DNA of 64,000 nucleotides. Origin: Lama glama. Lineage: Eukaryota. The DNA lies in assembly GCA_028534125.1 (NCBI GenBank), contig CM052816.1, positions 68,698,001-68,762,000 on the forward strand, given 5' to 3'. Under the pieces are notes generated by a model. The model was given only the letters and a program-made list of their open reading frames with translations. It did not search any database and was not told where the DNA came from. The position numbers were made by a program, and so were the translations under genes. Shown here piece by piece: positions 36,950 to 50,333 of this stretch (within the stretch, counting starts at the first letter, position 1; the number at the start of each line of letters is the position of its first letter).

Positions 36950-39900
36950 TAAATCCACTTTTCCAAGTTTATCACTTTTGGGCAATTGGCTTAATTTTGT
37001 GTTAATCTGTGTTAATGATTGAATGTGTAACCCTGTAAAACAATGTTTTTTTTGTAACCTTTAATGTTATTTGTTCAAAATAAACTCAGCTATTTTAAGT
37101 GGGGACAGAAGAGTAACAGTGTATAATGAGAATAATCTTACTGAATCTGTGTAGGTTTTATGCTGATCTTTTTCAAGTCACTGTGATTTTTTTAGAGCTC
37201 TAACTTGTTATTGTTTCAGTAATAATCCAATAGGTGACTTTTATGTCAATATATTTCTAGCATACTTTATACCTAGGATATTATTTTATGACTTACTGAA
37301 ACTGTGTATATGAACCTACTTTCTAGCTACTGATTCTAGAAAAGAAAAATTGCTGACTAATGTTAAGATTTCATTAAACCCATGTTTAAAATTTAAAGAA
37401 TTTTTAGATAATGGCCGAAATAGGAGGGAAAAGCCAAAGTTCTATGTATAATTAGCAGTGAACATAAAAGAATTTTTACTGGTACTTAAAACACAATAGT
37501 AGTTGCTGTTTTCTAGGATTTCAGGTGGGAATGCTTAGAAAATATGCTCTGGGGAGAAAACTTTAAGTGATTGGACCAGATGATTTTTATAATCTCTCAA
37601 CTCAGAGATTCTATGACTTAGTTTTATCCTCCATAACTTTTATCTTTAGAAATAAGATGTATGTTAAAAGCAGAAAATTTGGTCTTATCCAGGAGATAGG
37701 CTAAAAAGGTAATAGCATATATATATGCATGCTTTATATATATATGCATGCTATCTTCTCTGTTTTGGAGTGTATGAAAAAAAACTTCTTAATTTAGAAA
37801 TTTAACATCTTCTTGCAGAATGATCTCAGCTCCTTTTTAGCACTGAAAGTTAAACTCATAATTTGTGGTGTAAAATTAATAAGAGGAAACTTCTGCTGCA
37901 CAAATGTTTGTTTCACAAAACTGTGAGCTCCTTGAAGGCAGAGATGGTGCCTTGTTCATCTTGGTATCCTCATTGCTTGCCCTGGAGCCTGGCATTTCCT
38001 AAGTGCTGGGACGAAACTGGAGTGATTATGCAGTAATGCTGGTGACTCTCCTACAGTACAGTGAAGTTTTAAGAAATTGGTGGTCCCTTTAATCTAGACA
38101 AGTCTTTACACTGAGTTTTTACTATTAAAAGAAAGAAAGCCATATTTATGATCTTTCTATTAAAGAGGGAGTATGAGTAGGGCCTTTTATATGTGTCTGA
38201 GACTTTACTAGCTATTTACAACAATTTTAGTAGGACTCTCTGTGCAAGTAATAGCTGCTATCAGACAAGATTCAAGTACTCAAACACTGCTACCAATGTA
38301 CTTGTCAATTCTACTTTTCTCTGTGTCTCAGTAAGAAGGATGCTGCACAAGCAAAACTACAGAAATCTTCTATAGACCAGAGGCCTGCAACAGGACAAGG
38401 TGCTGGCTCTGGGCACTGTGTGGTTGTATGTAGCCTGTACAGCAAGCGCAGGACCTGAGAGGCACTCAACAAAAACTTATTAGTTATACTTTATTAACTT
38501 GGAAGTTTTGACTATTTCACCATCACCTGTGAGAAAGTTGTCTTTATAAAACATCAAGTAAGTTGAGTATAGTTTTCTTTAAAAAGAACAGACTGTTTAA
38601 AGGTACTATAAAAGTACTGTTTTCATATCAGCTGTATCAACAAACACTGCCTAAGGCAGTGGTTTTATCTATTAATTTAAAACAATTTCAGTTTATTCAT
38701 TAACTCAGCTTCTTTCAGGAAGCACTTGGTTAGACTAGTTTATGTTTCATTTGATTTTCTAGAAAGTAAATCATTTTTTAAAAAAGAAATCATGACCGTG
38801 ATTGAGACTTCATGCCAGGTCTTTGACATGATGTGCAAATGATTCACAAACATGAGTGACTGAGAAAGCCTGGTAGAGAATCAGAATTAATAGAGTTTCC
38901 CAGAAGCCAAGGGAGAATTTCAGTAAGGATAAAATGGTCAGTGATATCAAATACTTCTGAGAAATTAAGATTTGGGTTGATGAAAATGTGTTTGATTGAT
39001 AAGTCATTATGACTTTTTTGGAGAGAGATTCAGTGGAATAAAGGGAATGGAGGTATTTAGAGCTGTTTAGGAAGGAGTGAAAGTATACCAGTGATTATAT
39101 ATTCGTTTGGGAAGGTGGGCCTTGAGTGGAAGACACATAGCTATACGGACAGTGTAGAGCTGTATGAAATTATCTTGGTTGGTATATATATCTTGGAGAT
39201 ATAAAGGAGATGGTGAGAAAATACTGTGGTACATAGGTTTTCAAGGGTTGGATCACACTGATTTAGATAATTATTAGCTTCGATCTTCAAAAGTATTCTG
39301 TTTTACTCCCCCAAACATTATCTTTAGTTCTTTAATAATTTATCCTGTCTTTAGAATCTGAGTAAATAATACATGACAAGTCATCCCAGCTCTAAGAATA
39401 GGGTACAGTTAGCTTAAGTGTGGACTTCACTAAAGACTGAGTTGGCATAAATGGCTCAAAGGGCAGGATAACGTATTAAAATGAAACAAAACTATGGCTA
39501 TTGTGTAGGTGAAATGCAGACACATCCTTACATTTAAATTAGAAGAATTGATTTAGAACATCTCTATTGTCTATTTCTCTCAATAAAGATGGAGTACATA
39601 ATAAAAAATGATGTAAGTTAACCTAGCACTTGTCAGCTTTAGAGTCCCCCACTCTTCCCTGGTGTTGTAGGTTAAGTTTCAGCTATATTGCTTCTGTAAA
39701 TCAGCTTTTAATCTGTGCCCAATGCTCTAAAAGGTCCTAGTGACCTGATGTTCAGTCATCAGTGGCAAGAACCAGGGTTTGGTTGGCCCTAAACAATGAT
39801 TATTATGAGCAGGAAGACTTGCAGACATCAATACCTGTTTTGGGAAAATAGTTGAGTGCTTATGCAAGAAATGCTGGCAGCTAAGTTGTGGAAGTTTCAA

Positions 39901-41542
39901 CTGTTCAAATTGTGATAGATTAATATACTTCATATATATTAAAATTATCAAAGTTCAACTCTATCACAAAATGTTAGAGAAATCTTTTCTTGCTGCTAAT
40001 CAATCAAGGCAGTTGCTGTAACACCTTAACAGTCTGCGGAGACTTACTTTAATGCAGAACCTCTAGGCAGTCGTGGGGGAGAACCTTTAGCACAGTTGCG
40101 GAAGTGTTATATCCCCAGAAGTGCATTTAGTTTTATTCTCCTGTGAGACCTGTTCTCAGAAAAGGTCTCATTAAGTCATTCATGTTAATGATTATACAAG
40201 GAAAATGTTTCTGTGGGGCTTAATGTGTTTAAGGGTGTTTACTTTTAACCCAAGAGGTAGCACCTTCAGTTGAAATTTATTGACCACCAGCTCTGTTTTG
40301 GGTCACTGTGGTAGTACTAGCTTTCTATTCAACGACTAAAAATTTATTCTTGCTTTTGTTGAGTTCATACCCTAGTTGTCAGAGTTACAGCATTCTAATT
40401 ACGGAATTCTAGGAGCCATTGAGCCAAATGAGGAAAGGATTTTTGGTATCAGATTCTTGAAACCCCTTTCAGGAGGCAGCCATTTATTTCACTTATGGAA
40501 GGGTTCACTCTGAAGCCAGATAACCCTCACAACTTTGTAAAATTGTTTATGTAAATTTAAGATGAAGCAGTAAACCTAGTATGTATCTTAAGTGAAACTT
40601 TGTGATTTTATATCCACCCAACATAAATTAGCAAGCAGAATGTTTTTATTTTGGTCTCAGGTAGCTAGAGTGTGGCTTATTTTATCAGCAAATGTGATTT
40701 TTTTTTTTATCATGTTGCCATTCAGTACTTTTTCAGATTTCTCAAGGTATTGGTCTGTGAATTTGGAAAGTATTTGGAAACCATAAAAAGGTTAAACTCA
40801 TACTGGTGCATGCTTACACACATACCCACTCTACTAGAATCTGTGAAGGCTGTAACCCTCATTTTACAAAAATCAGTGAAAAATAGAGGAAGGAGTCACT
40901 TGAGATTTTTTTTGGATAAAGAGAGCATCAAGTGTGTGTTTGGTCTTTTAATGAGACTTGTTAAGTCAGCTGGCCCTAAAGGCCTCCTGGAGAGGCAGGA
41001 CTGGGAGGCCTTGTCAAGTTAATCTCTGCCCTCTCTACCCTTTGGCCTCAGTGTTGGATCCCTGCTTTTATATTAGCTTTTTCCTCTCCCTGAAACTATT
41101 TTATCCTTTTTAATATGATGGATGTTTTTGATTCAAAGGAATGTTTGATGAAACTGCAGCCTCTGTCAGTTAAAAGTTCTTACAAAAGGGATGTTCTCCT
41201 TGGGGAAGTTTATGTTCTTTGAACAAACCATGGTTTTTGTTTCCATGATACATCATTGTGTACTTATTAAGACTCCATTTATTTGAATACCAGCAAAGGA
41301 ATAAGGTCTTACTGTTTCAAGGTAGACTTTGAAATTATTTTGGCTTAACCATTACTCTGTAAACAGTATTCACAATTGATCTGACACTTTTTTTTGTGGT
41401 CTAGAATTAGACATCTGAAGTTGCTCTCCATTTGTAGAGGGAAAAAAAGGGGGGAGGTGTTTTTCAAACAAAGATTTAATTGTGATTTACAATTTTATTT
41501 TCTATTTTTTTCTTTGTTTAAAGTGCCTGGTTACTTCTTTAA

Positions 41543-41866
<324 letters not shown>

Positions 41867-42076
41867 TAATGCTTGTTTTATCTTGTGTATTTTTGAAATA
41901 GAAGGTTTCAATGATTGAGAAAATGAGCCATCCACAGGCATAGAGAGAGAAGCTAGTGTAATCACCGAGAGGTGAATTGAAATCATGTTTGATCTATTTT
42001 CTCTGCTTACTCTTTTCTATTTTATCCCTGTCCTCTATTTAAGAGCATTTTAATGCACTTTATAAATCATGTAGTC

Positions 42077-42286
42077 CAGGGTAAGCAAACTTTTTCTTAA
42101 AGTTCTAGATGGTAAATATATTTTAGGGTTTGTGGGCCATATGTTGACTACTGTCCAACTTTACCTTTGTAGCAGGAAAGAACAGCCATAGACAGTCCTT
42201 TAGCAAATGAGTGTTAACTGTGTTCCAGTAAAACTTTTATTATTACATAAACAATGGCTGCCCATATGGGTTATCATTTACTTCTG
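42077..42286. mobile_element. MER58A-like hAT-Charlie MITE
   Basis: Begins cagggtaagcaaactttt; 8-bp TSD atgtagtc (42069-42076) / atctagtc (42287-42294). Confidence 0.8.
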
Positions 42287-43401
42287 ATCTAGTCCACCTA
42301 TGTATGAAGCTTTCTTTATCTCTTAGTATTCATAGAGTATATTTTTTGTAGGGTAACTTTCTTCATATTTTGATAGCTATAGCTCCTCAGGTTGCCTTCT
42401 TATAACACACTTGTTGGGCTTCTTTCTACATTTGGGGGCACTATTAGACATGAATGAAAAGAGAATGTTTGGAACCCAAAAGGTCTGATTCCTGTAATTT
42501 GTAGATGAGCAGACAGAAGCCCAGTTACATTAAATAAAGTCGCTAATTAGTAGCAGAGTCAATTGCTCATCCCATGTCTTGAAATTGTCAGTCCTACTTT
42601 TTTTTTATATGTTTGGCTTTTTTATATTTTAGAATAGCTAATATCATTTTCCTTTATTTATTCATCCAGCAAATACTTTGTCTTAGTAAAACATCCTTTG
42701 ATTGTTTTTTTATATATGATTCCCAGACACTTTATTGTCATTGTGGTCACACAGGCCTACTAGTAGTCCCCAATATTTGCATTTAAGAGGATCCATTGTG
42801 CTATGTGCTTGGAATTCAGCAGTGAACAAGACAGCTCTGGTTTCTGTTTTTATGGAGCTTAGTCTAGCAGGGAAGACTTACATTAAACAAATGTTGACAA
42901 TGGAAGAGAACCTCCCTGTTGATAAACAAGGCCAAAGAATAGAGAGACTATTGAATGGCAAGCTTTGAGGTGATGATATGAGGACTACTATGGATATAAA
43001 GTCTTAACGATTAAAGAGGGGAAAGTTACTTAAATGGTAAGTGGTTGAGAAGTAGATAGTAGAAGTCGATACTGTTGATTTGAGCTTAGGTAAGCAAGCA
43101 TTTTTATAAGAGGGAAAGAATGGTCCAGAAATGACTTTGAGGAGTGATGAAGATATCGAGATCAACACTGGTCTCTTAAGGTGTGAGATGTGGATATCTC
43201 ATTCTCTGCTTTGATGGTGATACAGGACCGAGCAGAATCCTAGGGAAATGCTCTTTAATTTAATGACTAGGAGATGTAGCAAACCTTCGGTGAAGAGTTT
43301 GAAGACATGAAGAAATATAGAGGAATTTAACAATAGAATTGGAGTTCCAGACTGTGCAGTGGAGGGGTTGGATAAACTCCAAGGATAAACTCCCCACTTA
43401 G

Positions 43402-45810
43402 TCATGGTGTTTGATAATTTTTATATTAAGTGGATTCAATTTGCTAATATTTTATTAAGGATTTTTACTTTTGTGTTCATGAGTGTTACTTGTTTGTAGT
43501 TTTCTTATGAAGTTTTTGCTCAGACTTGGTATCAAATGTTTGGTATTAAATGTTTTGTAGAATTCTCCAGTAAATCTATGTAGAATGGGAGTTTCCTTTG
43601 TGGGAATGTTTAAAGCTATAGCTTCATTTTTAAGAATAGATGTAGGATTATTCAGGTTATCTGTTTCCTATATGAGTGTTAATCATTTGTCTCTGAAGGA
43701 ATTTGTCCATTTTATCTAAACTATCAAATTTATTGGCATCAAGTTGTTCGCAGTGTCTCCCTGCTATCCTTTTACTGTTTGTAGGAGCTGTAGAGCTAGC
43801 CCTCTTACATTCCTGCCATTGATAATGTGTATCATACCTCTTTTTCTCTTGAGTGGTCTCACTAGAAGTTTATCGATTTTGTTGATCTTTTTATTAGTTT
43901 CATTGGTTCCTTTTGGGTTCACTGACTTTGTTGTTCTGTATTCAATTTCATTTATTTCTGCTGTTTTGATTTACTTTCTTCTGCTTGCTTTCAGTTTTGT
44001 TTGCTCTTATTTTTTCATAAGGCATAAACTTAATAAGCTATGTCACAAGTTTTGATATGTTGTATCTTCATTTTCATTTAACTGAAAATATTTTCTAATT
44101 TCCCTTGTGTTTTCCTTTGATCTATGAGTTATTTATTTTTCTGTCATTGATTTTTGGTTTAATTACATTGTGATCAGAGAACATACTTTGTATGATTAGA
44201 ATGCCTTTAAATTTATTGAGGTTTGTTTCATGGCCCAGTATATGGTCTGTCCGTGAGAATAATACCATGTACATTTGAAGAGAATGTGTATTCTTCTGTT
44301 TTGGGGTTGAGTGTGCTGTACATATAAATTTGGTCAAATCGATTAATAGTGTTATTCAAATCTTCTGTATCTGTATGCATTTTCTACAGAGGTTTTTTGT
44401 CAGTTATTCTTTAGGAGTTTGAAATCTCTAACTGTAATTGTTGAATTGTTTTTATTCTTTGATTTCTGTCAGCTTTTATTTCATTTTGTGATTCTGCTGT
44501 TCAGTGTGTAACATTTTTAACTGCTATTTTTTCTTACTGTACCCTTTTAAGTATGAGATGTCTCTATTTCTAGAATTACTTTTTGCTATAAGTCTATTTT
44601 GTTTGATAGTAATATATATCCACTCCAGTCCTATTATGTTTATTGTTTGAATAGTATATAATTTCCATAAGTAAAACTTTTAGCTTATTGGAATCTTTGA
44701 ATTTAAAGTGTGTTTGTTGGATATTTAATGTATGTAATTCAGATCTTGTTTATACTTTTTAATCTAGTCTGAAAAAATCTCTGCTTATTGATTACAGTGT
44801 TTAATTAATTTACATTTAATGTAACTATCCATCCAAATTTAGGTCTGCCATTTTGCTGTGTGTTCTCTGTCTCATCTGGCTCTTTTTTAAAATCGTGATA
44901 TAATTTGACATATTATAACATATTATAACATTATATTAGTTTCAGGTGTAATTTCTTTTTTCATCTCTCTTAATTTCTATTCTTCCTATGCTGTTTTCTT
45001 TTGTATCACATAAATATTTTTTAGTGTAAAATTTTAAGTATTCTGTTGACATTTAACCCTGATTTTTTGTGGGGTTTTTGTGTTTCTTAGGGATTACATC
45101 TATTTATCATAATTTACTTCAAGTTAATTCTGACTCTCTTACAGCAAAATTAGCCCTTTGTACATAGCATAGCTCTGTGCCTCCAACCTCCCCACACACT
45201 TTGGGTTATTATTATCATATGTATTACATCCATATACATTTTAAACTCAACAAAGTTTTGTTGTTATTTTTGCTTTAAACAGTTATGTTTAAAGTAATTA
45301 ATAGAAGAAATTAAATGAAAGTCTCCTCAATTTAATGATTAGGAGATACAGTGAATCATAGTGAAGAGTTTGAAGATACAAGAAAAATATAGGTTTCTTT
45401 ATTGAACTAGAATTCTGGAGTATACAGTTGGGATTTAAGTTACCATCTGGTGTAATTTCTCCCATCCTGAAGAAATTTCCTTAGTATTTTTGTGGCTCAG
45501 GTTTGCTAGCAGCAAATTGTTAGCTTTTGTTTATCTGGAAATATCTTTATTTTGCTTTCATTTTTCAAGAATAGTTTTGCTGGGTATAAAATTCTTTGTT
45601 GTGGTTTTTTTCTTTCCATAGGTTGACTATGTCATTGCACAGTTTTTTGGTTTCTGTTGTTTCTGATGAGAGATGATCTATTAGTTGTATTCTTGTTCTC
45701 CTTTATGTGATTTTCTCTCATACTGCTTTTGTCAATTTTACTGTGACATGTCTAGGTATGGTTCTGTCTTTATATTTAGACTGTCTGGAGTTTGTTCAGC
45801 TTCTTTATGG
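43402..45810 (-). mobile_element. Old, fragmented L1M (endonuclease region and ORF1 3' part)
   Basis: Minus ORF 44122-44337 FSRTDHILGHETNLNKFKGILIIQSMFSDHNVIK carries the L1 endonuclease SDH motif. Confidence 0.85.
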
Positions 45811-47379
45811 TTTTTAACATTCTAGTCTTAGTTTAGCACTTGTACATCAGGCAGTGTGCCTGTGTCTCTAAGAATCTCTCTCCTGTATCACCAAACAGAA
45901 AACATACAGGAAAACTCTTAATAATTTTCTCTCAGCCAAGGAATTTAAGAAGGCCACTGTGGTGATAGGAGTTTACCTAAACTCCAGAAAGTGTCTTTGT
46001 AAATGATTCTTAAAGGACACAAATTCTTCACACATGTATTGTTTCTCTGGTTCAGGTACATAAATCTTAGCTCAAAATTTTCTTGTGACATATCTTATTG
46101 AGAAATTTTTCTTTCTTGCTCAAGCCACTTGGACAAAATTTGAAATAATATAATTTATTTAAAATGGTATAAAAAGAATTACATTTTATAGTCTACATGT
46201 GTCATACTCCCTAACTCTTCCTAGTATATCCAAATTGGCCATTATGTACCATTACTCTGATTGTACTTTTGACTTAAGTACACTTGGGTTTTTTACCCAT
46301 CATTTAACTTTTCTACACCAACCCATATGCAGTTGTCCACTTAACATCCTGTGTAAGGGTCAGGAAAACAATCTCTTTGAAAACAGTATAAATATTTGGA
46401 TAACTCAAATTGCAGAAACTGTATATTACAAATAATTATTATCTATAGTTTTCAGTGGAAAACATCTCTTGGTAAGTTTTGGGGTTCTGAAACAAGGATA
46501 AAGGAAAATCAAATATAGAAATGAAACTTTAAGAAAACTGTATCTTACAAGAAAAACATAATTCCCATCAGAGTTTCTAGAATGAATTAGTTGTTAGTTT
46601 CAGAGCTGTATAACATTGATACATAACTGTGGTTTTGTGTTGCTATTCTATAGTTTGGTTGGATACAGGCTTTCCTGTTCCTTTTCTTTTAGATTTTAAA
46701 GGTCAGGATGCCAAAAATGCAAAAACATTTCAGTCTAGACATTGTCCATAAGTTTATTAGGATTATAGTGCAATCTGCTCTTTTCATTTGTTTATCTCCA
46801 CAGCCTGCCCTCTGTACATTTTTAATTGTAAAATTATAATGTTTGACATTGGAGAGAAGGGAACCCAAGCACCTGAAATGAGTCTTTTTTGTTGGCTATA
46901 AATAAGTCAGAGGTATATCTTAGGATGAGAGTACCCTCTTGCAGTTTTGGTATTTGATCTTGACTTTTTTCCCATTTGTTCTCTTACTTCTTTTTCTCTT
47001 TCTCCTTGCTCCCTTCCTGCACATGTGTATGCTCTCGTGTTCTGTCTGATATCACTGATGTGACAGGACTTTTATTGGGCTTCACTTATGGTGGCCATTC
47101 GGTCCTAAGCATAGGAGGGAGAACATAATGGACTGTAATGGAATTCTGCTAGTTGTAGTATCCAGAGAGCTCCTCTTCATTATTTAAAATTAATACCTGG
47201 GAATTTACTACGAAGGAAAAGGGGTTTATGCTTGTAACAATAGGACATCCAACTGCCATTGCTTATGCCAGTGAGAATAGCATTACTCTCAGGTTTTGAA
47301 AAAAATTACTAATGAGCCCAGGCAGTTTAGACTTGTAGCTCCCTTCATAGGTCAAGATTCTCTTTAGAGAGTCTTCAGA

Positions 47380-47557
47380 CTGGTGGCTCTCAAACATTAG
47401 CGGTTCCTTAGAATCACTTGGAGAGCTTGTTAAAATACAGATTTCTGGGGTTTCATCCCCAAATATTTGATTCAGAAGATTTGGTGTGGGGCCTGAGAAT
47501 TTGTATTTCTAACAAGTTCTCAGATACTGCTAATGTTGTTGATCTTGAGAACCACTG
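47380..47557. mobile_element. MER5A-like hAT-Charlie MITE
   Basis: tagaatcacttggagagcttgttaaaatacagatt...ggggcctgagaatttgtatttctaacaagttc...gagaaccactg. Confidence 0.85.
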
Positions 47558-48431
47558 CTTTATATCACCTGGATATGGGAACACAACCTTTCACAACATC
47601 TACTGTCTCAGGATGTGGGAGCTGATATTTTACCCTGTTAGGTAGAGTAAATTTAAGATTGTGCACGATGAGCTGATCTATTTATGATAATACAGTATAG
47701 GAACTTTTGACTTTGAGAGATTCACTTTTTTTTTTCTGGCTTTTCTTTAAATTACATTTGTTTAAGTGTAAACTCAGTGTTCCTGATTAGTTTTGAATGA
47801 TTGATCTCTGACCTATATGAATCAGGTAACCCATACAAAGTTGTTTTTGTTTGGATTATGGCAGCTTATGTTGCTTAGATGTTTAATTGCAATATGTTTG
47901 TTTGAATGGGAAAAATAATTTTCCTTTTCTCTTTTTAATGCAGCCCACATGCAGGTAAATAAAGCTGAAGTTTGAGGGTGTGCCTTCTGTAATGATGATA
48001 AACAATTATAACTAGACTGACTGGCTGTGGTACTAAGTACCTGGTAAAACTTGCTTTATACTTTGAGAGAATGGCTTCTTCTGTGCAATCTAATTGTAAA
48101 TGTCATTGGATAAGCCTTTATGCCTTCAAAAAGATTCATTTGTTTGATTGTGTGGTCAGTATTTCTCAGGCATGTGTATCAGTAACCTGGACAGCCTTCT
48201 TTTTAGTCTTGTATCTGTATGGAAATATCAACATATAGAAAGAAAAGGGATGATTTTAAAAGATCTTTTACTCTACGAAAGGACATTAGCTGTTAGTGTA
48301 TTTAAAAGGAAGTGACTTTAAAGGAAGGGCCAGCACCTCTTTCCACTTCCTCTGTTCTAAATGTCAGTATCTGACATGTGACGTGTAGCTGTAACTGCTG
48401 CATCACCCCCACACCGCTCTGACTCTTTTTG

Positions 48432-48595
48432 CCCCAGTTTTTGTATGTATTAGCCACATTGGAATCACGTAGAAGGATTGCTTGGCCTCACCCTCAGGAT
48501 TTCTGATTCAGTGGGTCTGGGAGGTGGCCCAAGAATTTGCACTTCTACCAGAATGTGCCCAGATGGTGCTTTGGCTGCTGATCTTAGAACCACTG
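48432..48595. mobile_element. MER5-family MITE
   Basis: ttctgattcagtgggtctgggaggtggcccaagaatttgcacttcta...tagaaccactg. Confidence 0.75.
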
Positions 48596-49769
48596 TTTCA
48601 GTCTATTCTGTGAAGTTACTAAATTTGACTAATACCTATTACTCCTAAGTCCTAGTCAGCATGGGTGCTACCAAGGTATACTGGTTGCCCTTGTGGTGCT
48701 CACTACATAGGAGCTGAGACATGTTTGGAGATTGTGTGGGTGATGGAAAGTGATATGTGCCTTACAGGAGTGAAGATAAAATGCTCCATGAATTCAGAGG
48801 ATGTAGAACTACTTCTAGCACAGGAGGCATTTTGGAGGATGAATAAAGGTTCGAATGTATAAAATTGGGATGGGATGTGTATCAGGTCCAGGGAGCAGCA
48901 TGATTGAAGTCTGGTGCATTGAAAGTTAAGGGAACTTTTCATCTTTGATTAAAGAGTGAAAATGTAGTTATACAACATGATACCTAATTAAATAACTACA
49001 TATATTTTTATGCAAACGTCTGATTTTGCCTGTTTGCATTCATATATTCCATATAATTTTATTTATTTTAATGTGGCAATAAAAGCAAAGATTTTTTACT
49101 CTCAGATTTAACTTGGTGCCTGATTCTTTTTCTTGCGAGGAAGAGTATGTTGAGTCTAGGTGTGACCCTGTTTTGGCTGAGGTGCAAGCTTAGAAAGATG
49201 AACTCCTTTCTCCACTTCCAGTAACTTTCTGCCACTATTTATTGGTAAATATTTGTATACATAATTTATTTTAAAAACAATTACACCCACACACTTACCA
49301 AATTAGCAATACTCTTTAAGTTTTAGATGCTTGTCATTTCATGCTATTCCCCACCTCCCCCTTTAAATGGTTGTTTAGAGAATTAGTTATGAACAAATGC
49401 ATCAGCTTTTGGTGCTTCTTGGGTTTCTCCTTGGATTTTCAGTTTTTGAGTTAGATTGTAGGTCTTGCAATGGATATGTTAAGATGAAAGTTACCCTTAA
49501 GTTTTTGTGATAAATCACCCAGTGCTGCATCTTAAATGTTAAAAGGCTACTGAATCATACTAACATGTCATTAGCTGACGACTTCTTATTGATGCTTTGT
49601 ACCTTCTCCTTAGAATTCGTGAATTCCACATTGTCATCTTTGAAATACGAAAAAAAAGTTTCCTAAATATATTAGTGAGTACTTTTTCTAGATTAAAATA
49701 TAATGATATAATGATAAACCCCATGGATCGAATGGTGATGTATAAGTTTTCATTCAAAATAAATGTGAA

Positions 49770-49857
49770 GGAAAGAGGGTATAGCTCAGTGGTAGAGTGT
49801 ATACCTGGCATGCATGAGGTCCTGGGTTCAGTCCTCAGTACCTCCATTAAAAAAAAA
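49770..49857 (+). mobile_element. Vic-1-like tRNA-derived SINE
   Basis: gagggtatagctcagtggtagagtg...gtcctgggttcagtcctcagtacctccattaaaaaaaaa; TSD aaatgtgaa at 49761-49769 and 49855-49863. Confidence 0.9.
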
Positions 49858-50179
49858 TGTGAACAATACCTTTAGAGATTTTCATCTGATAGAAAATAAA
49901 TATTTTTATTGAGAGGTAGGAAGTAAGTTGAGTTAGTAAACAGTGAAACAAGTCTAATGTACTGATTTTGTTGGCTGCATATTCGGAGAATTAAAATCTG
50001 TGTTAGAGTGTATGTTAAATAAAGAAAACACAGTATTTTCCTGTTTTAAGTAACTTTTGTAATAAAAAGAGAAGATGGAAAACAAAAAAAGCATCAGCAT
50101 TCACTTGGGTGTGTCCTAAGTGTATTCCTACTTGAGCTCAGAATTACTTTTCTTCTCACTTCTCTCCCTTTGCCATTCA

Positions 50180-50333
50180 TAGTGTGGTTCTCTGCGCTGA
50201 CCAGCAGGCTGGGTATCACCTGGGAGTTTGACATTCAGAATCTTACTTTCCATCACTGGCTTTACCCATAAACTCTGCATTTTGAACAGAATCCCCTCGT
50301 GATTTCCTCTATACATTAGTTTGAGGAGCAAGC
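50180..50333. mobile_element. MER5-family MITE
   Basis: atcacctgggagtttg...aactctgcattttgaacagaatcccctcgtgattt...tagtttgaggagca. Confidence 0.7.

Noticed and set aside
37713..37753. Duplicated (TA)n-TGCATGCT with two RBFOX hexamers
   Set aside because: Looks like microsatellite slippage about 780 nt from exon 2b.
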